The notes: generated by a model not told the origin, from the sequence alone. 16,939 bases of DNA from an uncultured bacterium (GCA_964619725.1 CAZUFC010000162.1:1-16939), one strand, 5' to 3'; numbered from the stretch's first letter, positions 8,016 to 16,880 are shown. A program made the numbers and translations.

Positions 8016-11000
8016 TCACCTCCTGCGCTTGCCGGGATATATTATATTGCCGAAAAGGTCTGTCTGGACTGGATTCCCGAACAGGTCGGTCGGCCTCCGT
8101 TTTGACTTTTCAACAGGTTTATCATCTTCCGGCGGCGGCATGATCCTGTTTATCAACTCGGCATGACGCTCGCATTCCTCCCAGGACTCTTCCGGCGTCT
8201 GCTCCAATTGCCACGGAAGAAATCGAGGCCCCAGCCGCAACCGCACCGGCTGATGCTCCTTGGCCCTGTCGTCACGACCGAGTCCGTAATCGGCCAGGCG
8301 CAACGTCTCCGGTATCATCCAACCCTCGCCGTCGTTTTGCTCCAGGAACGCCTTCAACCCCTTTTGTTTTAAATCGTGGAACGCTACAAGTGATAAAACA
8401 GTGTGTCGAAGCTCCGGGTCTTTGTCTTTGTCTGCTCGCCAGAAACCTTTCGGATTCAATTTCTTTGTTTTTTGTTCATCTTTCAAGAAAATTTTGTTTT
8501 TATCACACTCACCAATTATCCATTTAAAATCCTCGTAAGACAAATTAAAAACATATGCTGTTAAAATGTCGTTGATTACACGCATTCTTAATCGTTCGTG
8601 ATTGGTAACGGCCCATTTTTTTTTCCATGCAAAATCTCTTGAAGAGAAAAAATTTAACCAATATGAAGCAAATCTATTATGAGAACAATTCAGAGCTAAT
8701 GCATATTCATCAAATTTGATTTCGTTTTTTCTGTAAAATAACGGTGTGTCTTCAATAACGAAATAGTTTAAATTCAAGCCACTGCATTTTCTTCTAATAA
8801 CATAATCATAAACAAATGAATTTGTGCAGCATAGTATTTTAAAGATTTCAAATTTGCTTGTTAAGATTGGAACTGAATTTCCACATGGTAAAAAATCTAT
8901 GAATGAAGAAATCATTGTTCTGGAATTAGTTGATGAACTAACACCCATAAAACAAAATCTGTTAATAATATTATTAATTGATTTCTTTTTCCTTACTTTA
9001 AGAAGATTGATTGTATTAATCAGATATTGAGGCTCAATAACCTTCTCAAAAAAAGGAATATTTCTCCAAACAGCTTTTCGACCTTTACCGCTGACCCAAC
9101 CTTTCTGACTGAAGTCGAATTGTCCTATCATTCGTCCTTCGTATAGCGGCAAGGCAATATCCTCAATATGATCGATATTTATAGCCTTTTTGCCGTCAAC
9201 GGACAGGATCAAATCCTTGGGCCGTTTGAGGATTGACTCAGGACCGTCGTAAGGTTTCCAACCTCCTTTCAGCCAGTGTCCGTATTCGTCGGGGAGATAG
9301 CCCTGTTTTTCCATTTCAGGGCGGGGATGGAACATTTTTGAATCGTTGGTCATGTCGAATTCTCTAGCATATTTAATTCCCCATCCTTCCGGACTGTCGT
9401 CGCCGAGCAGTATGCCGTTATCATAAATCTTCTTGAGTATTTCGAGGTCTCTTTCGCTTTGAATTTCCAGGAGAGATTTTGAATGAGGACTGAATTGTTC
9501 CACCTGTTCTTTGGGATAAAGCGTCACGTGTTTTTCCGCTTCCACCCAGTCGTCCAGGGAACGCCGCATGAACGCTGTTTTTATTTCTTCAGTTCGCGCT
9601 CCTTTTTGTACGATAACCGGACAAAATTTGAATGAACGATGAATATCAAATATGCCTTCTCTGTTTTCAAAGCCGAACAGCCAGAGCCAGTTTCCCGAAT
9701 CGACGAAGAGATCGCGTAGCGCCATCGTTCCCTTATCGCTGTAAAGTCCTGAAGGAACGAGCATACCAAGTAATCCACCGTTTTTGATCAAGGAATATGA
9801 GGATTCCAGGAACAATTTGTAAGTATTGATGTCGGCTGATCCCTGATGCCGGAAGGGATGTTCGCCGCCTGAAAATGAGACTCTTTTTTCACGTCGACTT
9901 CTCCAAATTTCATGAATCCTGACATTCTCCTTTGTGGATCTGGTCATGCTGAAGTTGTCGCTTTTTTCATCAGGATCGCCGAAAGGATAAGCGACATATT
10001 TCGTCCAATTGGACATGGAACGAAAGACGGCATTATAATCCAGCCATTCTTTTTCATTTTTCATTGCAGATTGAAAAAGTGTCTCCTGACGTTTCAGCGC
10101 TTCCTGTTTTCCATATGATCTGTATAAAGGGTCTATATTGGAGAAAAATTCCTGTGACTTTGGTTTTTGTATGTCCCAGGGAGGATTGCCGACGACGGCA
10201 TGGAAACCCGACTGCGACCCGTTGAACACGTCGGGAAATTCCAGTTCCCAATGAAAGAACCGGTGTTTATTCCGGAGAGCGTCGACGATTTTTTTTGTCT
10301 GTTCAGGCGGATCGAGGAAATTTTTCGGCGTGGGAACGACCTCCAGCTCGTCGCCCGGCCAGAACCAGATGGAACACCAGGTGTCGAACGCCTGTTTCAA
10401 TGCGATAAAGCGGGGGTCTTCAAGAATTTCCTCACGGAATTTCTGTTCTTTCATATCATTCTGGTGGACAGGGACTTTGTGAATTTCAATGAGTTTTTCC
10501 AGCATATCCGCATGAATCTTTTCAAGGTCCTGTCCTTTTTCCAGAAGCGGCAGTAAAGATGCTTCTTTTCCTTCAATGACCTCTTTTATTTCGGATTTAA
10601 TGATCGTATTCCTGATCGTTTTGATTTTGGATGTCCAAAGATCGCCTTTGAGGATAAGTTTTCCGTCTTTTGTTTCTTTTTCATAGAAATGATTTACGAA
10701 ACGGTTATGGTTCTGGTCACCGCCGTCGCGTTCCCAGGCCATGACGGGGTAGTCCTGGAACAGGTCAAACCGGCAACCGACCAGGCTGTTGCCGCATTTC
10801 AGCTTGTGGTCCAGGAATTCGAACGGCAAATTCCTGTCCATCGTATCGATCCATAGCGCGCTTTTCGCCAGCAAGACAGCCACAGGATCGATATCGACGC
10901 CGTAAATGCACTGTTCCACGACGTGTCTTTTCAGGACGGCTTCGAGTCTTTTATCAAATTCTTCATGATCCGGCGGAACAGGCAAGGTTTCTTCAGAGGG

Positions 11001-13115
11001 ATCGGTGGAGAGCGCTCCGTCAGCCAGTCGATATATCGTGTTTTCAGGTCCTTTCCTAATGCGATCATGTTCATGCAGGCTGTCCTTCAATGCTGTCGTC
11101 AGAAATCTTAAGGCGGATATAAGGAAAGAGCCTGACCCCATGGCGGGATCGCAGACTTTGATGTTCAGGATTTCCTCCGGTTTTTTAAGTTTTGTATTGT
11201 TATCCGTACCGCTCTTATGCGCATCAGTTTCATATTTTTCATGGACCAGCGGTTCCAGGGTCCTTTGTACGGTGGGCCAGGCAAGTTTAGGGCGGGTATA
11301 GAAGGTACCGGAACCTTTTCTGACGTTGCCCCACCTGACCAGGAACCATTCGCCGGGAAAAACGATTCTTTTGATCAGTTTTTTCGCTTCAGCCTTGACG
11401 TCTTTATTGAACTGCTCCCGAGCGGCGACGGAAGCATCTTTCCGGGGATATTTCACTATCCTCGCTTCTTTGACGGCCCTTTCCGCCCAGGTATAGACCC
11501 ATTCAACGGCGGTACGCCTTCTGTCGTCATGCGAGATGTCGTCATTGTCTTCCTCATCCTCTGCCGCCTGCTCATCATCAGAAGATTTTTCATCATCCGT
11601 GATATCCTCTTCAATTTCATCAATTATTTCCGCATCATCAGAAGAATCTTTTGACGATTTCTTCAATTTTTCCAGGAGTTTCTTTATGTCCTTTGAATTC
11701 ATGGCATCCAGACGAAGGAAGGGAAGCACAGGCTGATCGCCGATATTAAGAAACACCATGGGTTCGTTTTCAGGGGCTCTTTTCAATTCAAAATCAAGCA
11801 GTCCTTCATAAAGTATGCCTATATATTCGGGTGAAAGATCGGAAAAATTCACGGCGGTATTGACGTACGTGCTGCTGCGACCTCGGCGCACCTTCACTTT
11901 ACTGCGCGACAGGAGTTCAAGGATGCGCATGACGTCGTAATCGGACGGTATATTTTCTGTGCTTTCAAAAGCATAGACGGCCCGGCTCACAGGATCGTCT
12001 GAATTCATCCGGCCCGGTTTGAACAGGTCGCCTCCATAAGCGCGTATATTAAGTTTTTCATGTGCGGAGCCGAAATAAATGAGTCTGAACAGCGACATGA
12101 TCCGGGACCAGGCGCTCCAACTGTTGTTCAGCCTGGAAAATGCGCTCCCGCCCGCTGTTTTCATCAATTGTTCTCTTAATCCCGAAAGGCCGTAAGAATT
12201 ATTATAAATATCATTATATCGAGGAAGCAGGTCGCGTGCTTCTGCGAAAAGAACGACCACAAGACGCATAATCATGCGAACGGCGGCAATGTAAATATCC
12301 CGGCGCGAAACATGGTGAAGGGTTTCACTATCGAGAGGATCAAGCGCATTGGAAGAGACGTCGATCAATATTTCCACGGCCTGGCGAACGCGTTCGCCGA
12401 GAACAGTCGATAGTTGCGATTGCCCTTTTCTGGTTTCCTGTATCGCGGCAGAAAGAAGCGACGGTTCATCTTCTTCGGGCGCGCACAGGGAATCGCGGCC
12501 CAGTAGAATCCTCAGGGCGGTCACCTGGTCTGAAGCTTGTCCTTCCTCGAACCACATATCTATGTCCCATTCGCACCAGGATTCGAAGTCGATGCCGGCA
12601 TAAATGAGTCGCCATTGTCGTCCGTTGGTGAGGAGAGCGATCTTCATTTTTTTCTTTCGCAGCCATTCAATGACTCTCGCCGCCGCCCTCCGGCCTCTTC
12701 CGATTCCTAACCGGAACGTTTCTTTTGCTCCCCCGCGCATTCCCATAAGAGAATAAGCATTGAAAACGGGCAATATGTTCCCATGGGGACCTTGCCATAT
12801 CCTGACAGGTTTTATATTAACTTTTGTAATGGATTTAACGGTCCAGGAGCTGTCGACTTCGTTGCCCTTCTTCCATTCCGAGGGAGGATAACCCAGCAGT
12901 TTTTCCAGTATAATGTCCATGAAGGCATAAATATATTCCGGTTCTTCTTTTATTTTATCGATGCTTCGGCGCAACAGGTCGGACATGTAAAATGAAAGCT
13001 CTTCAGTCTCTTCCGGAAAAAATTCGGGCAGCCTTTCCGCAGCGATCAAGAGACCATCCTGGTTCAACGATGTCCACCACTCATACGCTTGCTTCGATTT
13101 TCGTTCCTTTATCAT
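8016..13115 (-). CDS. Large N6-adenine DNA methyltransferase, Eco57I/type IIG RM-like (DrmMI-like)
   Basis: 1699 aa. Motifs: RKGSGTFYT (X), VCDPAMGSGSFL (I, SAM binding, ~11130-11150), IYGVDID, LKCGNSL, FFHWELEFPDVF, GFHAVVGNPPW (IV, NPPW at 10176-10187), INTYKLFLE. Gamma-class order with C-terminal TRD (after PLYEGRMIGQFD). N-terminal REase-like region with LLTNGRQWRL. ATGA overlap with the SNF2 gene; SD GGAGG at 13123-13127. Confidence 0.9.
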   Translation of the reverse strand: MIKERKSKQAYEWWTSLNQDGLLIAAERLPEFFPEETEELSFYMSDLLRRSIDKIKEEPEYIYAFMDIILEKLLGYPPSEWKKGNEVDSSWTVKSITKVNIKPVRIWQGPHGNILPVFNAYSLMGMRGGAKETFRLGIGRGRRAAARVIEWLRKKKMKIALLTNGRQWRLIYAGIDFESWCEWDIDMWFEEGQASDQVTALRILLGRDSLCAPEEDEPSLLSAAIQETRKGQSQLSTVLGERVRQAVEILIDVSSNALDPLDSETLHHVSRRDIYIAAVRMIMRLVVVLFAEARDLLPRYNDIYNNSYGLSGLREQLMKTAGGSAFSRLNNSWSAWSRIMSLFRLIYFGSAHEKLNIRAYGGDLFKPGRMNSDDPVSRAVYAFESTENIPSDYDVMRILELLSRSKVKVRRGRSSTYVNTAVNFSDLSPEYIGILYEGLLDFELKRAPENEPMVFLNIGDQPVLPFLRLDAMNSKDIKKLLEKLKKSSKDSSDDAEIIDEIEEDITDDEKSSDDEQAAEDEEDNDDISHDDRRRTAVEWVYTWAERAVKEARIVKYPRKDASVAAREQFNKDVKAEAKKLIKRIVFPGEWFLVRWGNVRKGSGTFYTRPKLAWPTVQRTLEPLVHEKYETDAHKSGTDNNTKLKKPEEILNIKVCDPAMGSGSFLISALRFLTTALKDSLHEHDRIRKGPENTIYRLADGALSTDPSEETLPVPPDHEEFDKRLEAVLKRHVVEQCIYGVDIDPVAVLLAKSALWIDTMDRNLPFEFLDHKLKCGNSLVGCRFDLFQDYPVMAWERDGGDQNHNRFVNHFYEKETKDGKLILKGDLWTSKIKTIRNTIIKSEIKEVIEGKEASLLPLLEKGQDLEKIHADMLEKLIEIHKVPVHQNDMKEQKFREEILEDPRFIALKQAFDTWCSIWFWPGDELEVVPTPKNFLDPPEQTKKIVDALRNKHRFFHWELEFPDVFNGSQSGFHAVVGNPPWDIQKPKSQEFFSNIDPLYRSYGKQEALKRQETLFQSAMKNEKEWLDYNAVFRSMSNWTKYVAYPFGDPDEKSDNFSMTRSTKENVRIHEIWRSRREKRVSFSGGEHPFRHQGSADINTYKLFLESSYSLIKNGGLLGMLVPSGLYSDKGTMALRDLFVDSGNWLWLFGFENREGIFDIHRSFKFCPVIVQKGARTEEIKTAFMRRSLDDWVEAEKHVTLYPKEQVEQFSPHSKSLLEIQSERDLEILKKIYDNGILLGDDSPEGWGIKYAREFDMTNDSKMFHPRPEMEKQGYLPDEYGHWLKGGWKPYDGPESILKRPKDLILSVDGKKAINIDHIEDIALPLYEGRMIGQFDFSQKGWVSGKGRKAVWRNIPFFEKVIEPQYLINTINLLKVRKKKSINNIINRFCFMGVSSSTNSRTMISSFIDFLPCGNSVPILTSKFEIFKILCCTNSFVYDYVIRRKCSGLNLNYFVIEDTPLFYRKNEIKFDEYALALNCSHNRFASYWLNFFSSRDFAWKKKWAVTNHERLRMRVINDILTAYVFNLSYEDFKWIIGECDKNKIFLKDEQKTKKLNPKGFWRADKDKDPELRHTVLSLVAFHDLKQKGLKAFLEQNDGEGWMIPETLRLADYGLGRDDRAKEHQPVRLRLGPRFLPWQLEQTPEESWEECERHAELINRIMPPPEDDKPVEKSKRRPTDLFGNPVQTDLFGNIIYPGKRRR
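8019..8024 (-). promoter_or_regulatory. Shine-Dalgarno (AGGAGG) for the giant helicase, embedded in the last codons of the MTase gene
   Basis: Minus strand reads CGC AGG AGG TGA TCGTC ATG: SD, then MTase stop, then helicase ATG. Confidence 0.8.
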
Positions 13116-16100
13116 TGCCGTTCCTCCGGCAGGCGCATCTCAACTGAAACCGGGAAAACGCGGACCGGACCGTTCAACTGGTAGCGCAGTGGTATGGTTT
13201 TCGTCAGTATCCGCTCTTTTTCCAGCTTCAACCGGTCCAGCAATTCCTGGTACCGGCCCCTTATCCTGGCCAATTCTTCCTCCGTATTTCTGATCTCCTG
13301 CCTTTTTTCCTTCTTCAGATCATCGAAAAGCAGGCTGTTCAATTCATCCCTTTGTTTTTGCAACTGTTCGGTCAGCGCTCCCAGTTTTTTCGTCTTCATA
13401 GCCTTCGACGTTTCATTGATACGCGCATCGAACCTGTTTTTTTCCCTGGTTAACGCCCTTTCTTTCATGTTCGAAATGTTAGCCAGTATGACTGAATTAA
13501 GTTTTTCTGCATGTTCCGCAATAATATCGCGAAGGTCCATTTCAATTTCCAAATATATCGACCGGGCTTCAGATGTGCTGTTTTCATCAGGAATAGCCGG
13601 CGAAGCATTATCCTGAGCCGGAGGAACGTAAGGGAGCGGACCTTCCAGTTTTCCTTCACTGAAGGCACAGCGAAGCGTGCGTATCCAATGATGCAGCGGT
13701 TCGCGCAGTTTGTTGACGGCCATTTCTTCCACCGTCATCAGTATGATCGCTTCGGAATGTTCGGGAACTTTTCCGTACCTGACTGTCCAGCGTGAGGCAT
13801 GAAACTTTTCGTGCCAGTCCGGGAACCTGGCCCGGGCAAGAAGACTGCCGGCGTGCCTGAACATGGGGTGACCAAGATGGACCAGCGCCGTATCTTTCAA
13901 CGGACGGAACACTTTACGTCCATTGACTTTTCTTACGAACGATCCTGGATCGAAAACCATTTTCATCAGCGCGCCCGACTGATTTTTCGTTTTTTTCCTC
14001 ATGTTTTCATCAATGACCGGTTCCCACAGGTAAGGCAGGGGATGAGTAAAGGTATAAGTATTGTTTTCGTCGGGTCCTTCCAGCGGTTCTCTTGTGTTGT
14101 CGATGCTGAGAGCGGTCTCCAGGGTAGATTTGAGGCTATCCGGAGAAAGGTCTATATTTTCGGACAACTGCATTATTTCCTTTCGAACCTGCAGCCCCAC
14201 AGTTTTCAATTTTTCAGAGGGGATTTCCACTCTGTTTCTGTTTGATTCCACATCATCATCCAGTTCTTTCATGACCCTGCCGGCGTCGCGAAGGTCCTGG
14301 AAACGTCGTCGAAAAGCGTTGTCGAAAACTTCTCCCATTGCGCCCAGGTCGCCTTCAATGGTTTCAACTTTTTGCATCACGTGCGCCAGGAATTTCAGGT
14401 CGATATCATCGTCGCTGGTGAAATGATGCACGATGACGTTCCGGGCCTGTCCGTGCCTATCGAGACGTCCGTTTCTCTGTTCAAGCCGTGCGGGGTTCCA
14501 CGGTATGTCGTATTGGACCAGAAGATGAGCCGTCTGCTGCAGGTTCAGGCCTTCTGCAGCGGCATCAGTGGCGATGAGAATCTTCACCGGGTCGTCCGGG
14601 TCATTAAAAGCATCTTTTATTTCGTCCCGTTCTTCCTGCTCCATGTTGCCGAACAGGATACGGACGGCGCTGCCGTCGTCTTCATAGTGTTGCGTCAGAC
14701 GATCGTTCAGATAATCCAGCGTCGTTTTATACTCTGTAAAAATGATCAACCGTTCCGATTCATTCCATTCATTTTCATATCTGAGTTTTTTATCAATCAG
14801 TTCAATGAGCCGTTCAAAACGTGAATCATGCTTCGGCGGAAGAATTTCGCCGTCCCGGAATTTTATGCCGAGTTCCGACAGTGAATCGTCGACAGCGGTT
14901 ATTTCGCCGGCAAGCTCTTGCTGAAATGGTTTCAACCATGATCCAATGATTCTTACGGCATGATGCGTCCGGTTTTCCATCTCACTGTCGTCGCTTGAAT
15001 CAGCCTCGCTGGACCGTTTAGCGGCGGTCACTTCTTTCGCTTCGGCCTGGTCCGTTTCTTCAAGCCCCATTTTCAGGCGCATCCAGGACTCCGCAAACGT
15101 GTAAGGACAGGACAACAACCTTTTCGCCAGCACCTCAACGGCAAATATGCCGGCGAGTCTCTCCAGCTTTGCGTTTTTGTCCGCGGAACAGGTCGATTGA
15201 GCATAAAATAAGGTCCTTATTTTCTTTCGAAGCTCCTGCACGGAACGAGATAATTTCATTTCAGAAGCGCCGAAAAAGAGGGGAAGCGGTTCCGTGAATC
15301 GCTGGGCGAAACGCCGTTGTCTTTTTAATTCATCATCAATTTCGTTTATATCTGTTTTCAGTCGACGCACGAGTATCTCTGATATTCTCTGTTTTTCCCC
15401 TTCCTTGAATTCATGGGTCTGAACGAAACGAACAGGGTCCAGCAGCGCCAACAAACCGGAGAACGAAGGCGTATGGCCGTTATGCGGCGTTGCTGTCAGA
15501 AACAATTTATGCTCGAAATAGGGGCTAATGGCTCGAAGCATTTTCGCCAGGTCGCTGTCTTCGCCGTATGCCGCAGGCGTCAGGTTGTGAGCTTCGTCGA
15601 CGATCAGCATATCCCAGGGCAGCGAAGCCGGAACAGGCGATGAATCATCAGTCAACCGGCAGGTGGAAAGAAACTGCTCCAGAATATCGGGTTGTTTTAT
15701 ATAGTGATAAGAAGCGATTATTTTTGAAAAGGCACGCCAGGGATTGGCTTCCAGACCGAAATTTTTTTGAAGATTATGCGTTTCCTTGCGGTCAACAGGA
15801 TCGAAATCAATGGAAAATTTTTCTTTCATTTCCTGGCGCCATTGATTTCGCAACGATGCCGGGCAGAGGATCAGAACTCTTCGGAGACGACGCCTCAGCA
15901 ACAGTTCTTTTAAGATTAAACCGGCTTCAATTGTTTTACCTAAGCCCACATCATCGGCCAAAAGAAGCGAAACGCGCGGCATTCGCATGGCTTTCAGCAG
16001 AGGAACCAGTTGGAAATCCTCAATCTGTAAGGCCCCGAAGAAGGGAGAAGCAGTGATGTCTTCCTGCAATTCGTTCATGTTTTCAGGTTTCAGAAAAGGA

Positions 16101-16405
16101 TTTAACGCGCTCCACCGGGCCCCGCGAACAAGCGCATCAAATTCGTCGCCGGACATACGCGGATCAGTGTGCACCAGCGGTAAAGCAGTCGGTTCGATCA
16201 GACATGCGGTATGCTCCAGTCTCCAGATAACGGAATCACCTGGAGGAACCTCGGAATCAAGATATTCGACATGAACCAAACGATATTTGCCCATTTCGTT
16301 GGAATCATATTCATCTACCGATGTTATTATGCCGCGGCGGTTACGTATTCTTACCGGCATACCTTCACGCGGTATCTGCCCTCCTGATGCGTTACCCCTC
16401 TTCAT
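13112..16405 (-). CDS. drmD: SNF2-family helicase/ATPase, DISARM DrmD-like
   Basis: 1097-aa ORF with all SNF2 motifs: QLVPLLKAMRMPRVSLLLADDVGLGKTIEAG (Q motif/Walker A, DrmD-type context), LIVDEAHN (Walker B), LTATPHNG (III), LIIFTEY (IV), LIATDAAAEGLNLQ (V), YDIPWNPARLEQRNGRLDRHGQ (VI). C-terminus is coiled-coil-like. SD GAGGA lies 5 nt before the ATG. Directly upstream of a large adenine MTase, as drmD is in class I DISARM. Confidence 0.88.
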   Translation of the reverse strand: MKRGNASGGQIPREGMPVRIRNRRGIITSVDEYDSNEMGKYRLVHVEYLDSEVPPGDSVIWRLEHTACLIEPTALPLVHTDPRMSGDEFDALVRGARWSALNPFLKPENMNELQEDITASPFFGALQIEDFQLVPLLKAMRMPRVSLLLADDVGLGKTIEAGLILKELLLRRRLRRVLILCPASLRNQWRQEMKEKFSIDFDPVDRKETHNLQKNFGLEANPWRAFSKIIASYHYIKQPDILEQFLSTCRLTDDSSPVPASLPWDMLIVDEAHNLTPAAYGEDSDLAKMLRAISPYFEHKLFLTATPHNGHTPSFSGLLALLDPVRFVQTHEFKEGEKQRISEILVRRLKTDINEIDDELKRQRRFAQRFTEPLPLFFGASEMKLSRSVQELRKKIRTLFYAQSTCSADKNAKLERLAGIFAVEVLAKRLLSCPYTFAESWMRLKMGLEETDQAEAKEVTAAKRSSEADSSDDSEMENRTHHAVRIIGSWLKPFQQELAGEITAVDDSLSELGIKFRDGEILPPKHDSRFERLIELIDKKLRYENEWNESERLIIFTEYKTTLDYLNDRLTQHYEDDGSAVRILFGNMEQEERDEIKDAFNDPDDPVKILIATDAAAEGLNLQQTAHLLVQYDIPWNPARLEQRNGRLDRHGQARNVIVHHFTSDDDIDLKFLAHVMQKVETIEGDLGAMGEVFDNAFRRRFQDLRDAGRVMKELDDDVESNRNRVEIPSEKLKTVGLQVRKEIMQLSENIDLSPDSLKSTLETALSIDNTREPLEGPDENNTYTFTHPLPYLWEPVIDENMRKKTKNQSGALMKMVFDPGSFVRKVNGRKVFRPLKDTALVHLGHPMFRHAGSLLARARFPDWHEKFHASRWTVRYGKVPEHSEAIILMTVEEMAVNKLREPLHHWIRTLRCAFSEGKLEGPLPYVPPAQDNASPAIPDENSTSEARSIYLEIEMDLRDIIAEHAEKLNSVILANISNMKERALTREKNRFDARINETSKAMKTKKLGALTEQLQKQRDELNSLLFDDLKKEKRQEIRNTEEELARIRGRYQELLDRLKLEKERILTKTIPLRYQLNGPVRVFPVSVEMRLPEERQ

Positions 16406-16410
16406 TAAAA

Positions 16411-16545
16411 TCCTCGCTTCTGATATTGAGTAAAAAAGATTTTAATCACTTTTTCCATATCAGAGGTCATGAATGAAAATCAAGATAAATTTTTTATGGG
16501 TCTGAATATTCAGCTCCGTTAACCGACTTTTTACTCACTGAGTTT
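16411..16545 (-). promoter_or_regulatory. Probable promoter/operator region of the operon
   Basis: AT-rich leader with SD GAGGA (16411-16415). A possible -35 TTGATT (16478-16483, minus strand) has only a weak -10. Dyads: TCTGATAT/ATATCAGA (16419-16426/16457-16464), CTGAATATTCAG (16502-16513), ACTCA-C-TGAGT (16533-16543). Confidence 0.35.
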
Positions 16546-16714
16546 TTAACGCTATGGATAAGCGTCTTCGACAAAGCATTGCAGACTTTTGGATAATCTC
16601 TTTTTGGCATTGATCAGATATCCGTTTTTCAAGGGTACAATTTTCGCAGCCTGGAATAATCGAAAAGCTTTGAAAAACTGATTGTGTCAAAACTTATTTA
16701 CCCGTCATTGTTTA

Positions 16715-16744
16715 TTCCGATTCCGATTGCGATACCGATACCGA
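16715..16744 (+). repeat. Short tandem hexamer repeat, 5 units (consensus TWCCGA)
   Basis: TTCCGA TTCCGA TTGCGA TACCGA TACCGA read directly from the sequence. Confidence 0.8.
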
Positions 16745-16880
16745 AACAAACAAACCTCGATGAAAAACGATGGTTAGATCGTCAAACGGATATTTTTGGA
16801 TCAGATTCCGCTTCTTATGGGAATTTTATTCAGTCAATTTTTTTGACGGCAAAAACTGTTACCTCTATTTGATCAGTCCC

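Noticed and set aside
8011-8019. GTG start at 8019 for the giant helicase
   Set aside because: The AGGAGG SD overlaps this codon and is ideally spaced for ATG 8010; GTG use is not excluded but is less likely.
784-16274. Many short ORFs (60-162 aa) on the + strand or in alternative - frames
   Set aside because: All lie within the four long motif-bearing CDSs and show no recognisable motifs; treated as shadow ORFs.
2590-16405. Canonical class I or class II DISARM
   Set aside because: No separate drmA/drmB, no PLD drmC, no drmE and no cytosine MTase; helicase and DUF1998 are in one 1.8k-aa protein.
16684-16872. 62-aa ORF MSKLIYPSLFIPIPIAIPIP...
   Set aside because: GTG start without a clear SD; the IPIP run is just the translated hexamer repeat; probably non-coding.
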